DNA from: the human T2T-CHM13v2.0 reference genome, Homo sapiens
Assembly: GCF_009914755.1 (NCBI RefSeq)
Contig: NC_060925.1
DNA: 64,000 nucleotides
Direction: 5' to 3' (one strand)
The notes under the pieces were generated by a model that saw nothing but the letters and a program-made list of their open reading frames with translations, was not told the origin of the DNA and made no database searches. The position numbers and the translations under genes are program-made. Numbering within the stretch: position 1 is the first letter of the stretch; the number at the start of each line of letters is the position of its first letter. Below, one piece after another: positions 29,261 to 43,107 of the stretch.

Positions 29261-29969
29261 GCCCAATGTCATTAAATTACTTGACAATCATGGGAAACAA
29301 GTGAAAAACTCTGATAAATGTTAGCTCTTAACGACTTAAAAACAGGTTTACATAAAAATATCTGATTGTAAAGTCTACATATTCTTATTAAAAATTCCAA
29401 CAACACAGACAGTAAGATACACTAAGGTAAAAAGGGAAAGTCTTCCTTATTTGGGAAGTGGAGGGTGGAAAGGGGATATAGTATAAAAGGAGAATAAACT
29501 TGAGATGCGTGTTGTAAATATGATTTGGTAATAAAATTCTTACATTTTGGTAGGACTACTTTGACTTGGATGCTTCAAAATGGCCTTATCAAAATTATCT
29601 GTCACTTCAAGGTGAATTAAAGCACATGACTGACTTTTCTCTTTTCTAAAGCAAACACATTGTCTAAAACCATCTGTATTTTTTAAACTGATATTATCCT
29701 CTGAACTATTCTCTGTACCCAATGAGCACTCTTTTTAAATATCTTCTCTTTTTATTGGCATTTAAAACCTGTCATAATGAAGAAATGTCTTTCTGTTGTT
29801 TCCAAACTGAATAACTAGAAGCTATTTATGCATATGTATTTCTGCCAAACATCTAGAAAACTAATAATAAGGTGTTCTAAACATATCTTCTCTAAGATTA
29901 TTTATTGGCATATGTCACTTTTGAATCCAGAGATCACTTTACTGCTATCAAAACACATCATCAAAATTA

Positions 29970-31451
<1,482 letters not shown>

Positions 31452-32029
31452 TACTTGTTAAATTAAGACAACACAGGAAGAGCCTATTAATTTGCTTGGT
31501 TTAGCAAATCATCTACACTGACTGGGCAGTATAGTCAACGGTTGTTTAGTGACTGCCTTCTATATGCTTAGTCTTGTTGTACGTCTTGGGGATACAGCGG
31601 CAAACAAGACAAAGTCTCCATCTAGCTGTAACAATCAGAATCATCTTGTGTGGTATCTAGAGATTGACTGTATGGTAGAATGAGAAGTCTCAAAATCATT
31701 CCCTTTATTGGTACTAAGACTTTAAGAAGACCTCTACTAATTGCTATCATTCTTCAAGGTTGACTCTGGAATTCTTAATGATTTACCTTTTAAAGTCTGC
31801 AATCTTAAGATGCAAGTTTTTCAAATTTTGGATCAAGACATAATTCCTCTCCAATAAATTGGAATATATATATAAAGAATTGTAGTTGTAGTTGTATATA
31901 CGTAGTTACATGTACAGTTTTTCATACATACAGTTATATATAGTTATCAGAACCTATGGTCAGTAAATGTTTCTGAATGCTCATCAATGTTCCAAACATG
32001 CACAAAAGTAATCAGCTAAAACCAGCCCA

Positions 32030-32272
32030 TGAACACATATGTTAACTCTGTAATTGTTGAGCCCCGTGCTAAGGGCTGGGCTGAGTATTGCATGGTAAAC
32101 AAATATTTCCAATCCCTGTCCTCCTAAAGCTAACAGTTTAGTAGGAACATTAAAAATATAAATCACCAAGTAAACCCATAACTCTGAGCTGTGAAGATAA
32201 ACAGATAATAATTGCAGAGAATGATAGTGAAGGCTAATTTAGATTTTGCGGGGAGGGGGCCATAGGAGACTC
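32030..32272 (-). mobile_element. L2 fragment
   Basis: gtgctaagggctggg...tccctgtcctcctaaagctaacagtttagt. Confidence 0.6.
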
Positions 32273-32919
32273 ATATTTTTGTCTGACCTATCTCCATGAT
32301 AAGGAAATACTTTAAAAAACCATGGCTGAAACTTACCATGTTAACATTATTACCTGGTTATAGCTTTTAAAATATGTCTCAAATGACACATTCCAATTGT
32401 ACATTTCACTCTCAAAATTATTTTAAAATATTATGTATGTCATAGTTACATCAAATATGATTTAGCTTTTAAAAATTTCTTTCTCGTTAATAAACTGAAT
32501 GTGAACATATAACACATCACTCAAGTTAATTAGTGATATGAGGTTGAAATCCAAATGATCACACTTATATGTGCATTAGTAAATGTCTCATAAATTATAA
32601 TGCTACATAAATCTTACTCTAAAACTGTATGTAGGGATTATCCTATTAATATATTTCTCCTCTGTCTTCCATAGCTTTCCCCAGGAAAGGATGGACCAGT
32701 GTGGAGATTTTAAGCCTGGGCAATTTATATTCCCTTCATTTCATGTTTGGCAAGAAGTGAAACATAAAGAAGGAGCTAAAATTGTGGACAAAAAATGGTA
32801 GATAAGCAGAGGTAAAATGGGAGATCAGCGTAAATTCAGGGGTGATTGATCTGCTATGATGTTTGAAAGCTTTTTAGAAGAGTTTTCATAATGTGAAAGG
32901 GTTTTTGAGCAATTACAGT

Positions 32920-33150
32920 AGCTTCTGTTTCTTGTCCACTTGCAATGTGCATAGCACATTGTTTCACAAAGAATGTCTCATTCCATTTTCTTGACAATGC
33001 CAGGAGATTAATTATCACTGCTTTAGAGACAAGGAAAACCACTCAGAAAGGGGAATTGACTTGCCCAGTGTCACACAGCTCATAAAATGCAAGAGTCAGG
33101 CTTCAAATTTATATCTGTTTGACTCCATGGTGTTTTTGTTACATTGCAGC
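32920..33150 (-). mobile_element. MIR
   Basis: aaggaaaaccactcagaaagggg...gacttgcccagtgtcacacagct...gtttgactcca. Confidence 0.75.
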
Positions 33151-33783
33151 ACCTCTTTGCTGAAGGAAAACTGTTCACAATTTTCCTAGGCTTTCATAAC
33201 AACATGGAAACTATTTTTGCTGAGCCTAAAAGATGTGGTACAGGTCACAAAATCTTCAAATTGATTTATGCTCAAATCAATGAATTTTGAGCTAATATTC
33301 CCCTAATGGCTTTTTATAAGGTTCTATGTTCAGTATTTGTAAAGCACTATGCTATGCCATACTTTGGGACAGAACAAATAAATGTATGCCTGTGAAAAAT
33401 ACTTATTGAACACACCAGTGACAACTGAAACTCCAAAATGTTCTTATACTTTCACTGGTGATTCAAAAATAGAGGTTTGTGGGTTTCTTCTGATTTGAAT
33501 AGGAGCATAAATATGTTACAAAATTCAGCTCTTTCCAATTTATTCTGAGATAAGCAGTAGATGATTACCTAATAATGGAAACTGTTTAATATGAAACGTT
33601 TAGAGAATACCTAATGGATACTTTTTAAATTAAAAGGAGGAAAAACACCTCCTCCGACTTCTTCTGCTGTTGCAAGTCCTTTGGAGGCACTGAGGGAGGG
33701 AAGTAGCATTGAAAATTCAAGCGAGTCCTTTATGAATCTGCAGCAAATCTTCACATCCCAAATGTTTAACGTGCTTTCCTAGG

Positions 33784-35574
33784 TGTATTAGGTATCTGCT
33801 TCTGCATAACAAATTCCTCCAAAGTCTTAAGGCTTAAATCAGCATTTATGAGGTCATAGTCTCTATGGGTTAGGAATTTGGGTACGGCTAATGAGATTCT
33901 CTGGCTCAGGGTCTCACACAAGATGGCAATCTAAGTGTCAGCCAGGGCTGCAGTCATCTCGAGGCTTGACCCAGAATGGATCTGCTTCTGAGTTCAATCA
34001 CAGGGCTGTTGGCAAGCCTCAGAAGATCCATCCACTTCCAAGCTCACTCACGTGGCTACTGGCAGGACTCATATCCTTACTGGCTATTAGATGGAAACTT
34101 CATTTTCTTCCTACATGGGCTTCCCCCAACCAGGACAGTTTGCTTCTTCCACATCAAGGTCTCCAAGCAGAAGAGGATGAGGAATGGTGGGCAAGATGGA
34201 AGCTATAGTCTTTTTGTAATCGAATGTCTGAAGTCACATCTCATCACTTTGCCCTATTCTTTTTTTATTTTTTTAAATTATACTTTAAGTTTTAGGGTAC
34301 ATGTGCACAACGTGCAGGTATGTTACATAGGTATACATGTGTCATGCTGGTTTGCTGCACCCATCAACTTGTCATTTATATTAGGTATTTCTTTTAATGC
34401 TATCCCTCCCCTGCACTCCAACCCCCAACAGTCCCCAGTGTGTGATGTTCTCCTTCCTGTGTCCAAGTGTTCTCATTGTTCAATTCCCACTTATGAGTGA
34501 GAACATGCAGTGTTTGGTTTTCTGTCCTTGTGATTGTTTGCTGAGAATGATGGTTTCCAGCTTCATCCATGCCCCTGCAAAGGACATGAACTCATTCTTT
34601 TTTATGGTTGCATAGTATTCCATGGTGTATATGTGCCACATTTTCTTAATCCAGTGTATCATTGATGGACATTTGGGTTGGTTCCAAGTCTTTGCTATTG
34701 TGTATAGTGCCACAATAAACACACATGTGCATGTGTCTTTATACTAGCATAATTTATAATCCTTTGGTTATATACCCTGTAATGTGATCGCCAGGTCAAA
34801 AGGTATTTCTAGTTCTAGATCCTTGAAGAATCAGCACACTGTCTTCCACAATGGTTGAAAACTAATTTACACCCCTATCAACAGTGTAAAAGGGTCTCTA
34901 TTTCTCCACATCCTCTCCAGCATCCGTTGTTTCCTGACTTTTTAATGATCGCCATTCTAACTGGCGTGAGATGGTATCTCATTGTGGTTTTGATTTGCAT
35001 TTCTCTGATGACCAGTGATGATGAGCATTTTGCCATGTGTCTGTTGGCTGCATAAATGTCTTCTTTTGAGAAGTGTCTGTTCATATCCTTTGCCCACTTT
35101 TTGATGGGTTTTTTTTTATTGTAAATTTGTTTAAGTTCTTTGTAGATTCTGGTTATTAGCCCTTTGTCAGAAGGATAGATTGCAAAAATTTTCTCCCATT
35201 CTTTAGGTTGCCTGTTCACTCTGATGGTAGTTTCTTTTGCTGTGTAGAAGCTCTTTAGTTTAATTAGATCCCATTTGTCTATTTTGGCTTTTGTTGCCAT
35301 TGCTTTTGGTGTTTTAGACATGAAGTCCTTGCCCATGCCTATGTCCTGAATGGTATTGCCTAGGTTTTCTTCTAGGGTTTTCATGGTTTTAGGTCCAGCA
35401 TTTAAGTCTTTAATCCATCTTGAATTAATTTTTGTATAAGGTGTAAGGACTTTGCCCTATTACTTTAAATTGAGTCACTAGATCTAGCCCATGCTTAGGA
35501 GAAATGATTTTATAAGGATGTGAATACCAGAAGGCAGAGATCATTGGGGATCTTTTTAGAGGCTGCCTACCACA
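33784..35574 (-). mobile_element. MLT1F-like LTR split by an L1PA
   Basis: Starts tgtattaggtatct. Contains gtcagccagggctgcagtcatct. Resumes at 35449 and ends ggctgcctaccaca. Confidence 0.85.
34259..35448 (-). mobile_element. L1PA5-7-like, 5'-truncated (~1.2 kb)
   Basis: ORF 34878-35384 is recognisable ORF2p ([28 protein letters not shown]...). TSD actttgccctatt at 34246-34258 and 35449-35461. Confidence 0.96.
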
Positions 35575-35869
35575 CAAACTAACACTTGCTGAATTATAAG
35601 ACATACATTAATCTCATACAATTATACTTATTCAACATTAGTAATGTATACTTGTATAGTAATTTACATTTTTCAAAGTTATAGACAAAGCCTACCACAC
35701 CAGCGTCTGATGACAAAGATGAATAGACATAATGGGAATGTGTGAAATCTATCCTCTGGACTAGACTTAACCCTGTGAATATGGCCAATGCTCATGGCCT
35801 ATGCCTAAAAGTGGGCAGTAAATGAATAGTGAATCCGCCCTAACAGGATGTTAATACATGCCGGTGTTC

Positions 35870-35908
35870 TTGTGCATACGTCTTTGCAATATAGCTGACT
35901 TTACTAAA

Positions 35909-35945
<37 letters not shown>

Positions 35946-36056
35946 TCTGTGACCTTAGGACTGGATAAAGCCAACGTGAACCTCAAGATGGTTAAGCCAA
36001 TGACCTTGACCTCTTTAACCCCAACCAACGGAGTACTTGATCCTAAGGTTAACAAT
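35870..36056 (-). mobile_element. Probable MamSINE1 (ancient tRNA-derived SINE)
   Basis: The minus strand reads ctccgttggtt...gttaaagaggtcaaggtcattggcttaacc, resembling the tRNA-Ile(AAT) head. It continues gttggctt...ggtcacagac...gtcagct...gcaaa, as in the recalled consensus. Confidence 0.55.
35909..35944. repeat. (AAT)12 microsatellite
   Basis: Read directly from the sequence. Confidence 0.95.
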
Positions 36057-36459
36057 GCGCGAGTAACATAGTGACTGTAGGTGTCTAAGTCAGTGGCCAC
36101 TAATATCAAGCAATAAACATGTGGAAATGATAAAGAACACTGCTTATTTTCCTTTTAGGAAAATATTTCCTAAACTTACTATGTTAAAGTGATCTGGACT
36201 CTGCTGAACACCTAAATTCTAAATGTCTGAAAAATGAAAATCATCATTCAACGTTGTGTTCTTTTCATCAGCTTCCTGATGAATTCACTCACTTCCAATG
36301 ACAGCAGAAGGATTACTCACACTGATAAAGGAAATTGGCGGAAGCTACCCAGAAGGGCCACACCTCCAAAAGGTTTTTTTAAGTACATGAAACATTGATG
36401 CACGTGCCCCGCCTGGTAAGTAGCTTGTCTGTTACTAGGGTGACATGTTGCATGGGGTA

Positions 36460-36580
36460 TGAGCAAAGGTTTTTGATGCTGAACTCCATCTCTTCCATTT
36501 GTTAGCATCGTAACTCTGGGAACGTTTCTCAAACTTTCTGAAATGCAGTTTTCCCTCCTGTGAAATAAAGATGATGCTCA
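36460..36580 (+). mobile_element. MIR core
   Basis: tcttccatttgttagc...ctgggaacgtttctcaaactttctgaaatgcagttttccctcctgtgaaat. Confidence 0.6.
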
Positions 36581-36886
36581 GTGGAGGTCTTGAAACTGTG
36601 CTTGCCAGTCCCTTTGGTACAGGAAGTACACATGCTCCTGCTGCTGCTCCTTGAAACACTGGCTGTGTTTGCACTGAGGCCATGCCTCAGCCAGCGACTG
36701 AGTGTGACAAGGATTCTCAGTCCTGTTCCTGGGAGATGTGAGATTCCTTTGCTGGCAAACTTCAGCTTGAATATTCCCCAGGTGCCTTGCCAAACCTTCT
36801 TCAGTCTGCTTTGTTCTCTAGAACATTTCCACACAACCTTCTCTCTCTCAGGATCAGACTCAGATCGCAGTCTGTTGGCTCCTTTC

Positions 36887-37303
36887 TATATTAATCATGT
36901 CTTTTTATTTTCTGTATTCTGATGCTTTGGTATCTGGAGTCCACTAAACCTGGAGGGATTCCGCCCTCTTCCCCCAGGGTTAGCCAATTCCCAGAGATAA
37001 TACAACAACTTGCTACACTAGCATGCTTTTCAGGTTCAAATCTACCAATTCAAAGCCCTTACACCCAACCACCTACTTTATCTGGCTCTTGCACTCTGGG
37101 TCACTATCCACTTGCCCTAATCACCTCAGGACCAGGTACCAGACAACTAAAGACAGCCTTTTTACCCTAGAGCCCACTGACATTATTGAAACAAACCAGC
37201 CTGCTCACCCTGCCTCAGCCATTGCTTCCAGCAGAAACCACAATAAAGGGTTTTGCCCACATTTTCCTCTGCTCCCTCTGTCTCCCAACCCAACCTGGTG
37301 CTT
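36887..37303 (+). mobile_element. MER74A-like ERVL LTR, 3'-truncated
   Basis: tatattaatcatgtctttttattttctgtattctgatgct...agggttagccaattccc...ccaggtaccagacaact...cagaaaccacaataaagg. Confidence 0.85.
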
Positions 37304-37317
37304 ACCTGGTAAGAACA

Positions 37318-37572
37318 TATGGAAATGATACTTACAGTTTCTTGGAATCAGGAGGCATGTCACACTGCCCAGGACCCTACAGGGGTGTGCCAGGTTGTGG
37401 TAGGAGACAGAGGGAGCATAGAAACCTGTGGGCATAAGCCTTTATTGTAGTTTCTGTGGGAAGGAATGAGTAAGTCAGGGTGAGCAGGTGTAGGATTGGC
37501 TTGATTGAATAATTTCAGTGGGATGTAGGGTTTAAAAGTTGTCCTTCATTATCTGGTACCTGGCCCTGGGAG
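37318..37572 (-). mobile_element. Second MER74A-like LTR piece, inverted
   Basis: gcctttattgtagtttctgtgggaagg...tctggtacctggccctggg is the reverse complement of 37125-37298. Confidence 0.85.
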
Positions 37573-37748
37573 AACACCTGTGTGGAAGGAAATAAAATGC
37601 TTTAAGGGTGCTCAGGATAGATTTCAATCAGATATGGTAAGGTAGGCAGTCTCCCAAATAACAAACTTGCAAATTTAATCCCCTCTTGGCATTTGCTTCT
37701 TGAATAACCTGGACTAATTTAAGCTGCCTGCTCGAAATGGTATTTGTA

Positions 37749-38035
37749 GGCCGCCGGGCACAGTGGTTCACACCTATAATCTCAGCATTCTAGGAGGCCA
37801 AAGTGGAAGAATCACTTGAGGCCAGGAGTTTGATACCAGCCTAGGCAACATGGTGAGACCCTGTCTTTACAAAAAAGAAAAAAAAAAAAAAACCAGGCCT
37901 GGTGGCACATGCCTGTAGTCCCAGCTACTCAGGAGGATAAGGCAGGGGGATCAGTTGAGCCTGGGAGTCCAATGATGCACTGAGCCTGATGTGGCAATCT
38001 AAGTGACAGAGCAAGACCCTGCCTCTCTTAAAAAA
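37749..38035 (+). mobile_element. AluJ (Jo/Jr-like)
   Basis: cacttgaggccaggagttt, gtgagaccctgtct. Diverged TSD gaaatggtatttgta / gaaaggtattcata. Confidence 0.9.
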
Positions 38036-38329
38036 GAAAGGTATTCATAAGGGATAAATGAGGGATCACATAGTTTAATCATTGTTGAATTCCTGGTGCC
38101 TAGCCCAGTGCCTGGCACAGGGATGGCACTGAAATGAAATAAATTGTGCAAATACTCTATCACAAAATAGCTCTCTAATACAAGTTACTTTTCTTTCCTG
38201 AGAATAAAATATTTTTAAATGATTGATCCTCTTCCTATCTCAGAGAAATGTTTTTCTCCTAGTTTTTCAAGTGACAAGTAAAAATTCTATTCTTTGTTTA
38301 TATGTTTACAGATGTTTATGCCTTGCAAA

Positions 38330-38500
38330 ACATATTAACACATAATTTTCTGATTTGATCTTTTCAATAACCTTAGGCTTGAAAAGTATTACTATCCAAT
38401 TTGACAGATGAGGAAAGTAACTCAGGTTAAGTAAGTCATCCAAGGTAGCACAGTAAGCCATGGCAGGTTCTAGATTAGAACTTGAGTTTTAAAACTCTTA
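38330..38500 (-). mobile_element. MIR
   Basis: tatccaatttgacagatgaggaaagt...aggttaagtaagtcatccaagg. Confidence 0.7.
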
Positions 38501-38944
38501 TTCAAGACTGAGCCTGAGAAACAGCCTTAATATATATAAGTATCAAATGTATTTTAGGATTGTGTAAAACTTGCTTTATGGGTGATATACAACATTTTGT
38601 AAACTTGCTTTTCTGTACTATGAAGGCAGTCACCATAAAAATTTTCTGAGCATATGAAATTGGAAGACCATGTGTATTTTTAAAAAGAGCAGAATTAGCC
38701 TCTAAACTCTTAGTGAGAGGATAATTTGGATGACCATACCTTTTCATCAACCAAGGCATTGGTTCAGGCCCTCAGGCCTGAACCCCAGTTGGAGGATCAT
38801 TTAGAAAACACTTTAATACATCTTACAATATAATGATACATTTGTCACAATTAATGAACTAATACTAATATTTAAGTCATTAAGTATAATTAATACTTTA
38901 CTCACGTTTCTTTAGTTTTTTACTGAATATTTACCTAATTACTA

Positions 38945-39605
38945 AAAAAATGCTGAGGAAAATTTAATAATATGTAAATAAATGAGATAGTTGTGTTCAT
39001 GAATTGAAAGACTCACTACTGTTAAAATGTCAACTCTTTCCAACTTGTTCTGTAGATTCAATACAATCCCAAACAAAATACCAGTAACTATTTAGGAGCT
39101 ATGGCAAACTAATGTTAAAGTTTATATGAAAAGGCAAAAAACAGTAAAAACAAAATAATACCTAGAGAGAACATACTTGGAGGTTTCACACTGCCTGATT
39201 TCAAGTGTTACTATAAAGTAACAAAAATCAGGTAAAAATCAAGATGATGTACTGGCAAAAGAGTAGACACACAGATCAGTGGAGCAGAATAGAGAGCTCA
39301 GAAGTTGACCTGCACAAATATAGTCAACTGATCTAAGCTGCAAAGGAAAGGAGATAATCTTTACAAAAAAATGGCAGGGGAACAATTGAACAGCTAAATG
39401 CAAAAAGCTGAACCTATATAGAGACCTTACATCTTTCACAAAAATTAAATCAAAGTGTATTGAAGGCTTATATGTAAAATGAAAAACTTTAAAACTTCTA
39501 AAGAATACAAGAATCTACATGAATTTGGAATTCAGGGACGAGTTGTAAATACAACACAAAAGCACAATCCATGATAGAAAAGATTGATAAGTTGGACCTT
39601 GTTCA
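38945..39605 (+). mobile_element. L1M ORF2 fragment
   Basis: tgttcatgaattgaaagactc...agattcaatacaatccc...ctgcctgatttcaag...agatcagtggagcagaatagagag. A short minus-strand L1 3'-UTR-like piece abuts at ~38830-38940. Confidence 0.85.
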
Positions 39606-39812
39606 TTTCATTTTTTATATTTTCACTCCAGTTTTTATAATTCTGTTTTCAACAGGTATAACATAAACTTTATATAGTATGTGTTCTATGTTTTCCACCA
39701 TTAGTATATATTTTTCTGTACCATTATAAAAAGAAAACACTGTTAATAATATAAAGAATTTCTTTTAAAGAATGGTATTTTCTGTGAGATGCATTGTTCA
39801 GTGGGATACTAC

Positions 39813-40222
39813 TATGGTGGGTATATTCCTTTTTGGGTTTGCCCTACCCAAAGCCACTCCCTATAATTTGAGTAATGCTGACCCACCTCTCATTAGAGGG
39901 AAGACAAGAAACTTGAGGTTAGTAGGTAACTCTGACCATGGTGGTTGGTTCAGGGAGGGCACATGTACTATGTTAGGTCCCAGGTCATTTTCTGGAGCTA
40001 TTGGGACTGTTAGCTTCCAGCTTCCAGTGGCCAGTGGGCAAGCTATGCCTGAGAAAGAAGCCAACCAGGAGAAAGCCAAAGTGAAGAAGTTGGGAGAAAG
40101 AGTTCAAATCTAACAATAGACTTTTCAGTCATCTCAACCAATAAATTTTCTTTATTTGAGAAATGTAGTTTGAATTGGGTTAGTATAGCCTGCCAGCAAG
40201 AGAGTAAAAGTTCTGATTAACA
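39813..40222 (+). mobile_element. MLT1K-like LTR
   Basis: ctgaccatggtggttggttcagggagggcacatg...tgcctgagaaagaagccaac...ccaataaattttc...ttctgattaaca. Confidence 0.7.
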
Positions 40223-40365
40223 AACATTAAATAAATTTGAAGCAAAATTATCTTTAAAATGTATTATCTGCCTTTGCTAAAAATCAAAATGATTGGCAAG
40301 AATCAAGACAAAATCATTAGCCGTTTTCTTAACCTCTCTTTTTCTCAGTTTCTATAAGGTGTGAA

Positions 40366-41843
40366 TTTATAAGTCTGTTTGTGCTACTGTAACAGAATAA
40401 TTTATAAAGAACAGAAATTGATTTTCTCATCATTCTGCAGGCTTGGAAGTCCAGGACCAAGGTTCCAGCTGTCTGGCTGCATCCACATATGGAGGAAGGC
40501 AGAAGGTCAAGCTCCCTGCATGGTGCATAAAGCCTCTTTTATAAGGCCCTTAATCCCATTCATGAGGAAGGAAACTTCATGGCCTATCATCTCTCTCTCT
40601 CTTTTTCAAATTTGATTTTTTATTTTAGATAGAGGGGGTACATGTGCAGGTTTGTTACATAGGTATATTGCACCCAAGTAGTGAGCATAGGTAGTTTTTC
40701 ATCCCACGCCCCATCCCTCCCTCCCTTCTCTAGTAGTCCACAGCGTCTGTTGCTCCCACGTTTGTGTCCATGTTATGTACTCAATGTTTATCCCACACTT
40801 ATAAGTGAGAATATGTGGTTTTCAGTTCCTATGTTACCTCACTTAGGATTATGGTCTCCAGCTTCATCCATGTTGCTGCAAAGGACATTATTTTGTTCCT
40901 TTTTATGGCTGCATGGTATTCGATAGTATATACGTACCATATTTTCTTGATCCAATCCACCACTGATGGGCACCTTGGTTGATTCTATGTCTTTGCCATT
41001 GTGAATTGGGTGGTGATAAACATGAATGCATGTGTCTTTTGGTATAATGATCTATTTCCATTACTGGGTCAAATGGTAGCTCTGTTTTAAGTTTTTTGAG
41101 AAATGTATAAACTGCTTTCCAAAGTGGCTGAACTAATTTTCCTTTCCATCAATAGCATATAAACGTTCCCTTTTCTCCATAGCCTCACCAACATCTGGAG
41201 TAAATGGCTAGCTATATGTAGAAGAATGAAACTAGACCCTTACCTTTCACCATATACAAAAATTAATTCAAGATGGATTAAGTGTTTAAATGTGAGACTT
41301 CAAACTATAAAAATCCTAGAATAAAACCTAGGAAATACTCTTCTTGACATCTGCCTTGGCAAAGAATTTTTGGTTAAGTCCCCAAAAGCAATTGCAGCAA
41401 AAACAAAAATTGACAAGTGGGAGAATGAAACTAAAGAGCTTCTGCACAGCACAGGAAATTATTAACAGAGTAAAACAGATAACCTACAGAATGCAGGGAA
41501 ATGTTTGCAATCTATGCATTTGACAAAGGTCCAATATCTAGGATCTATAAAGAACTTAAATCAACAAGCAAAGAAAAAATAATAACCCCATTAAAAAATG
41601 GGCAAAGGACATCAACAGACACTTCTCAAAGGACATTGAAGCAGCCAATGAACATATGAAAAAAAGTGCTCATTATGACCAATCATCAGAGAAATGCCAG
41701 TCAAAACCACAATGAGATATCATCTCACGCCAGTCAGAATGGCGATTGTTTATAAGTCTAATCATCTCTTAAAAGCCCCACCTCTTAATACGATTACATT
41801 GGCAACACCTAAATTTTGGAGGGAACATATTCAAACCACAACA
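40366..41843 (-). mobile_element. MST/MLT1A-like MaLR LTR split by an L1, itself within a MIR (40320-41990)
   Basis: tttataaagaacagaaatt...ggaagtccaggaccaagg. Resumes at 41758 with aatcatctcttaaaagccccacctcttaatac...attcaaaccacaaca. Confidence 0.85.
40595..41757 (-). mobile_element. L1PB-like element with 5' inversion
   Basis: The minus segment 40595-41197 (3' UTR) joins a plus segment 41195-41757 (upstream ORF2). TSD atcatctct at 40586-40594 and 41761-41769. Confidence 0.92.
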
Positions 41844-41890
41844 GGAAATAATAAAAATACTTACCTCACTGGGTTGTTTTGAGGATTACA

Positions 41891-41988
41891 TGAGTTAATA
41901 TGTGGCAAGTACCTGGATAAAATTCAATGCTAATTGTAAATGAGTTAATATGTGGAAAGTACCTGGATAAAATGTAAATGCTAGTTGT
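41891..41988 (+). repeat. 50-bp tandem duplication (2 copies)
   Basis: tgagttaatatgtgg(c/a)aagtacctggataaaat... at 41891 and 41941. Confidence 0.92.
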
Positions 41989-42053
41989 GTTTTTATAATT
42001 GTTTTTGTTGTTATTTTGCTACTCTTGGGAACCAAAAATTAGATTTACATTCA

Positions 42054-42441
<388 letters not shown>

Positions 42442-42785
42442 TCATAAAAATGTCAGAGTATACCAACACAAACCTAGGTAGTATAGCCTAGTGCACGTAT
42501 AGGCGATGTGATAGAGCCTATTGTTCTTAGGCTACAAACCTGTACAGCATGTTATGTACTGAATACTTCAGGCACTTGTAACACAATGCAAGTATTTGTG
42601 TAGCTAAACATATCTGAACATAGAAAAGGTACAGTAAAAACATATATAAAAGGCAAAATATGGTACATCTGTATAGGGCACTTCCTTGAATGGAGCTTCC
42701 AGGACTGTAAGTAGTTTCCCTGGGTAAGTGACGGAGTTGTGAGTGAATGTGAAGACCTAGGATATTACTATACACTACTATATAC

Positions 42786-43107
<322 letters not shown>

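Noticed and set aside
33891-34500. 174-aa and 105-aa ORFs
   Set aside because: Chance read-through across the MLT1 LTR and the antisense L1 3' UTR.
35990-36056. tRNA gene
   Set aside because: Too degenerate for a cloverleaf or intact A/B boxes; better explained as a SINE head.
41891-41988. CRISPR-like or minisatellite array (also the tttataaagg repeats at 46746-46810)
   Set aside because: Only two or a few degenerate copies, no spacer structure, and a eukaryotic context.
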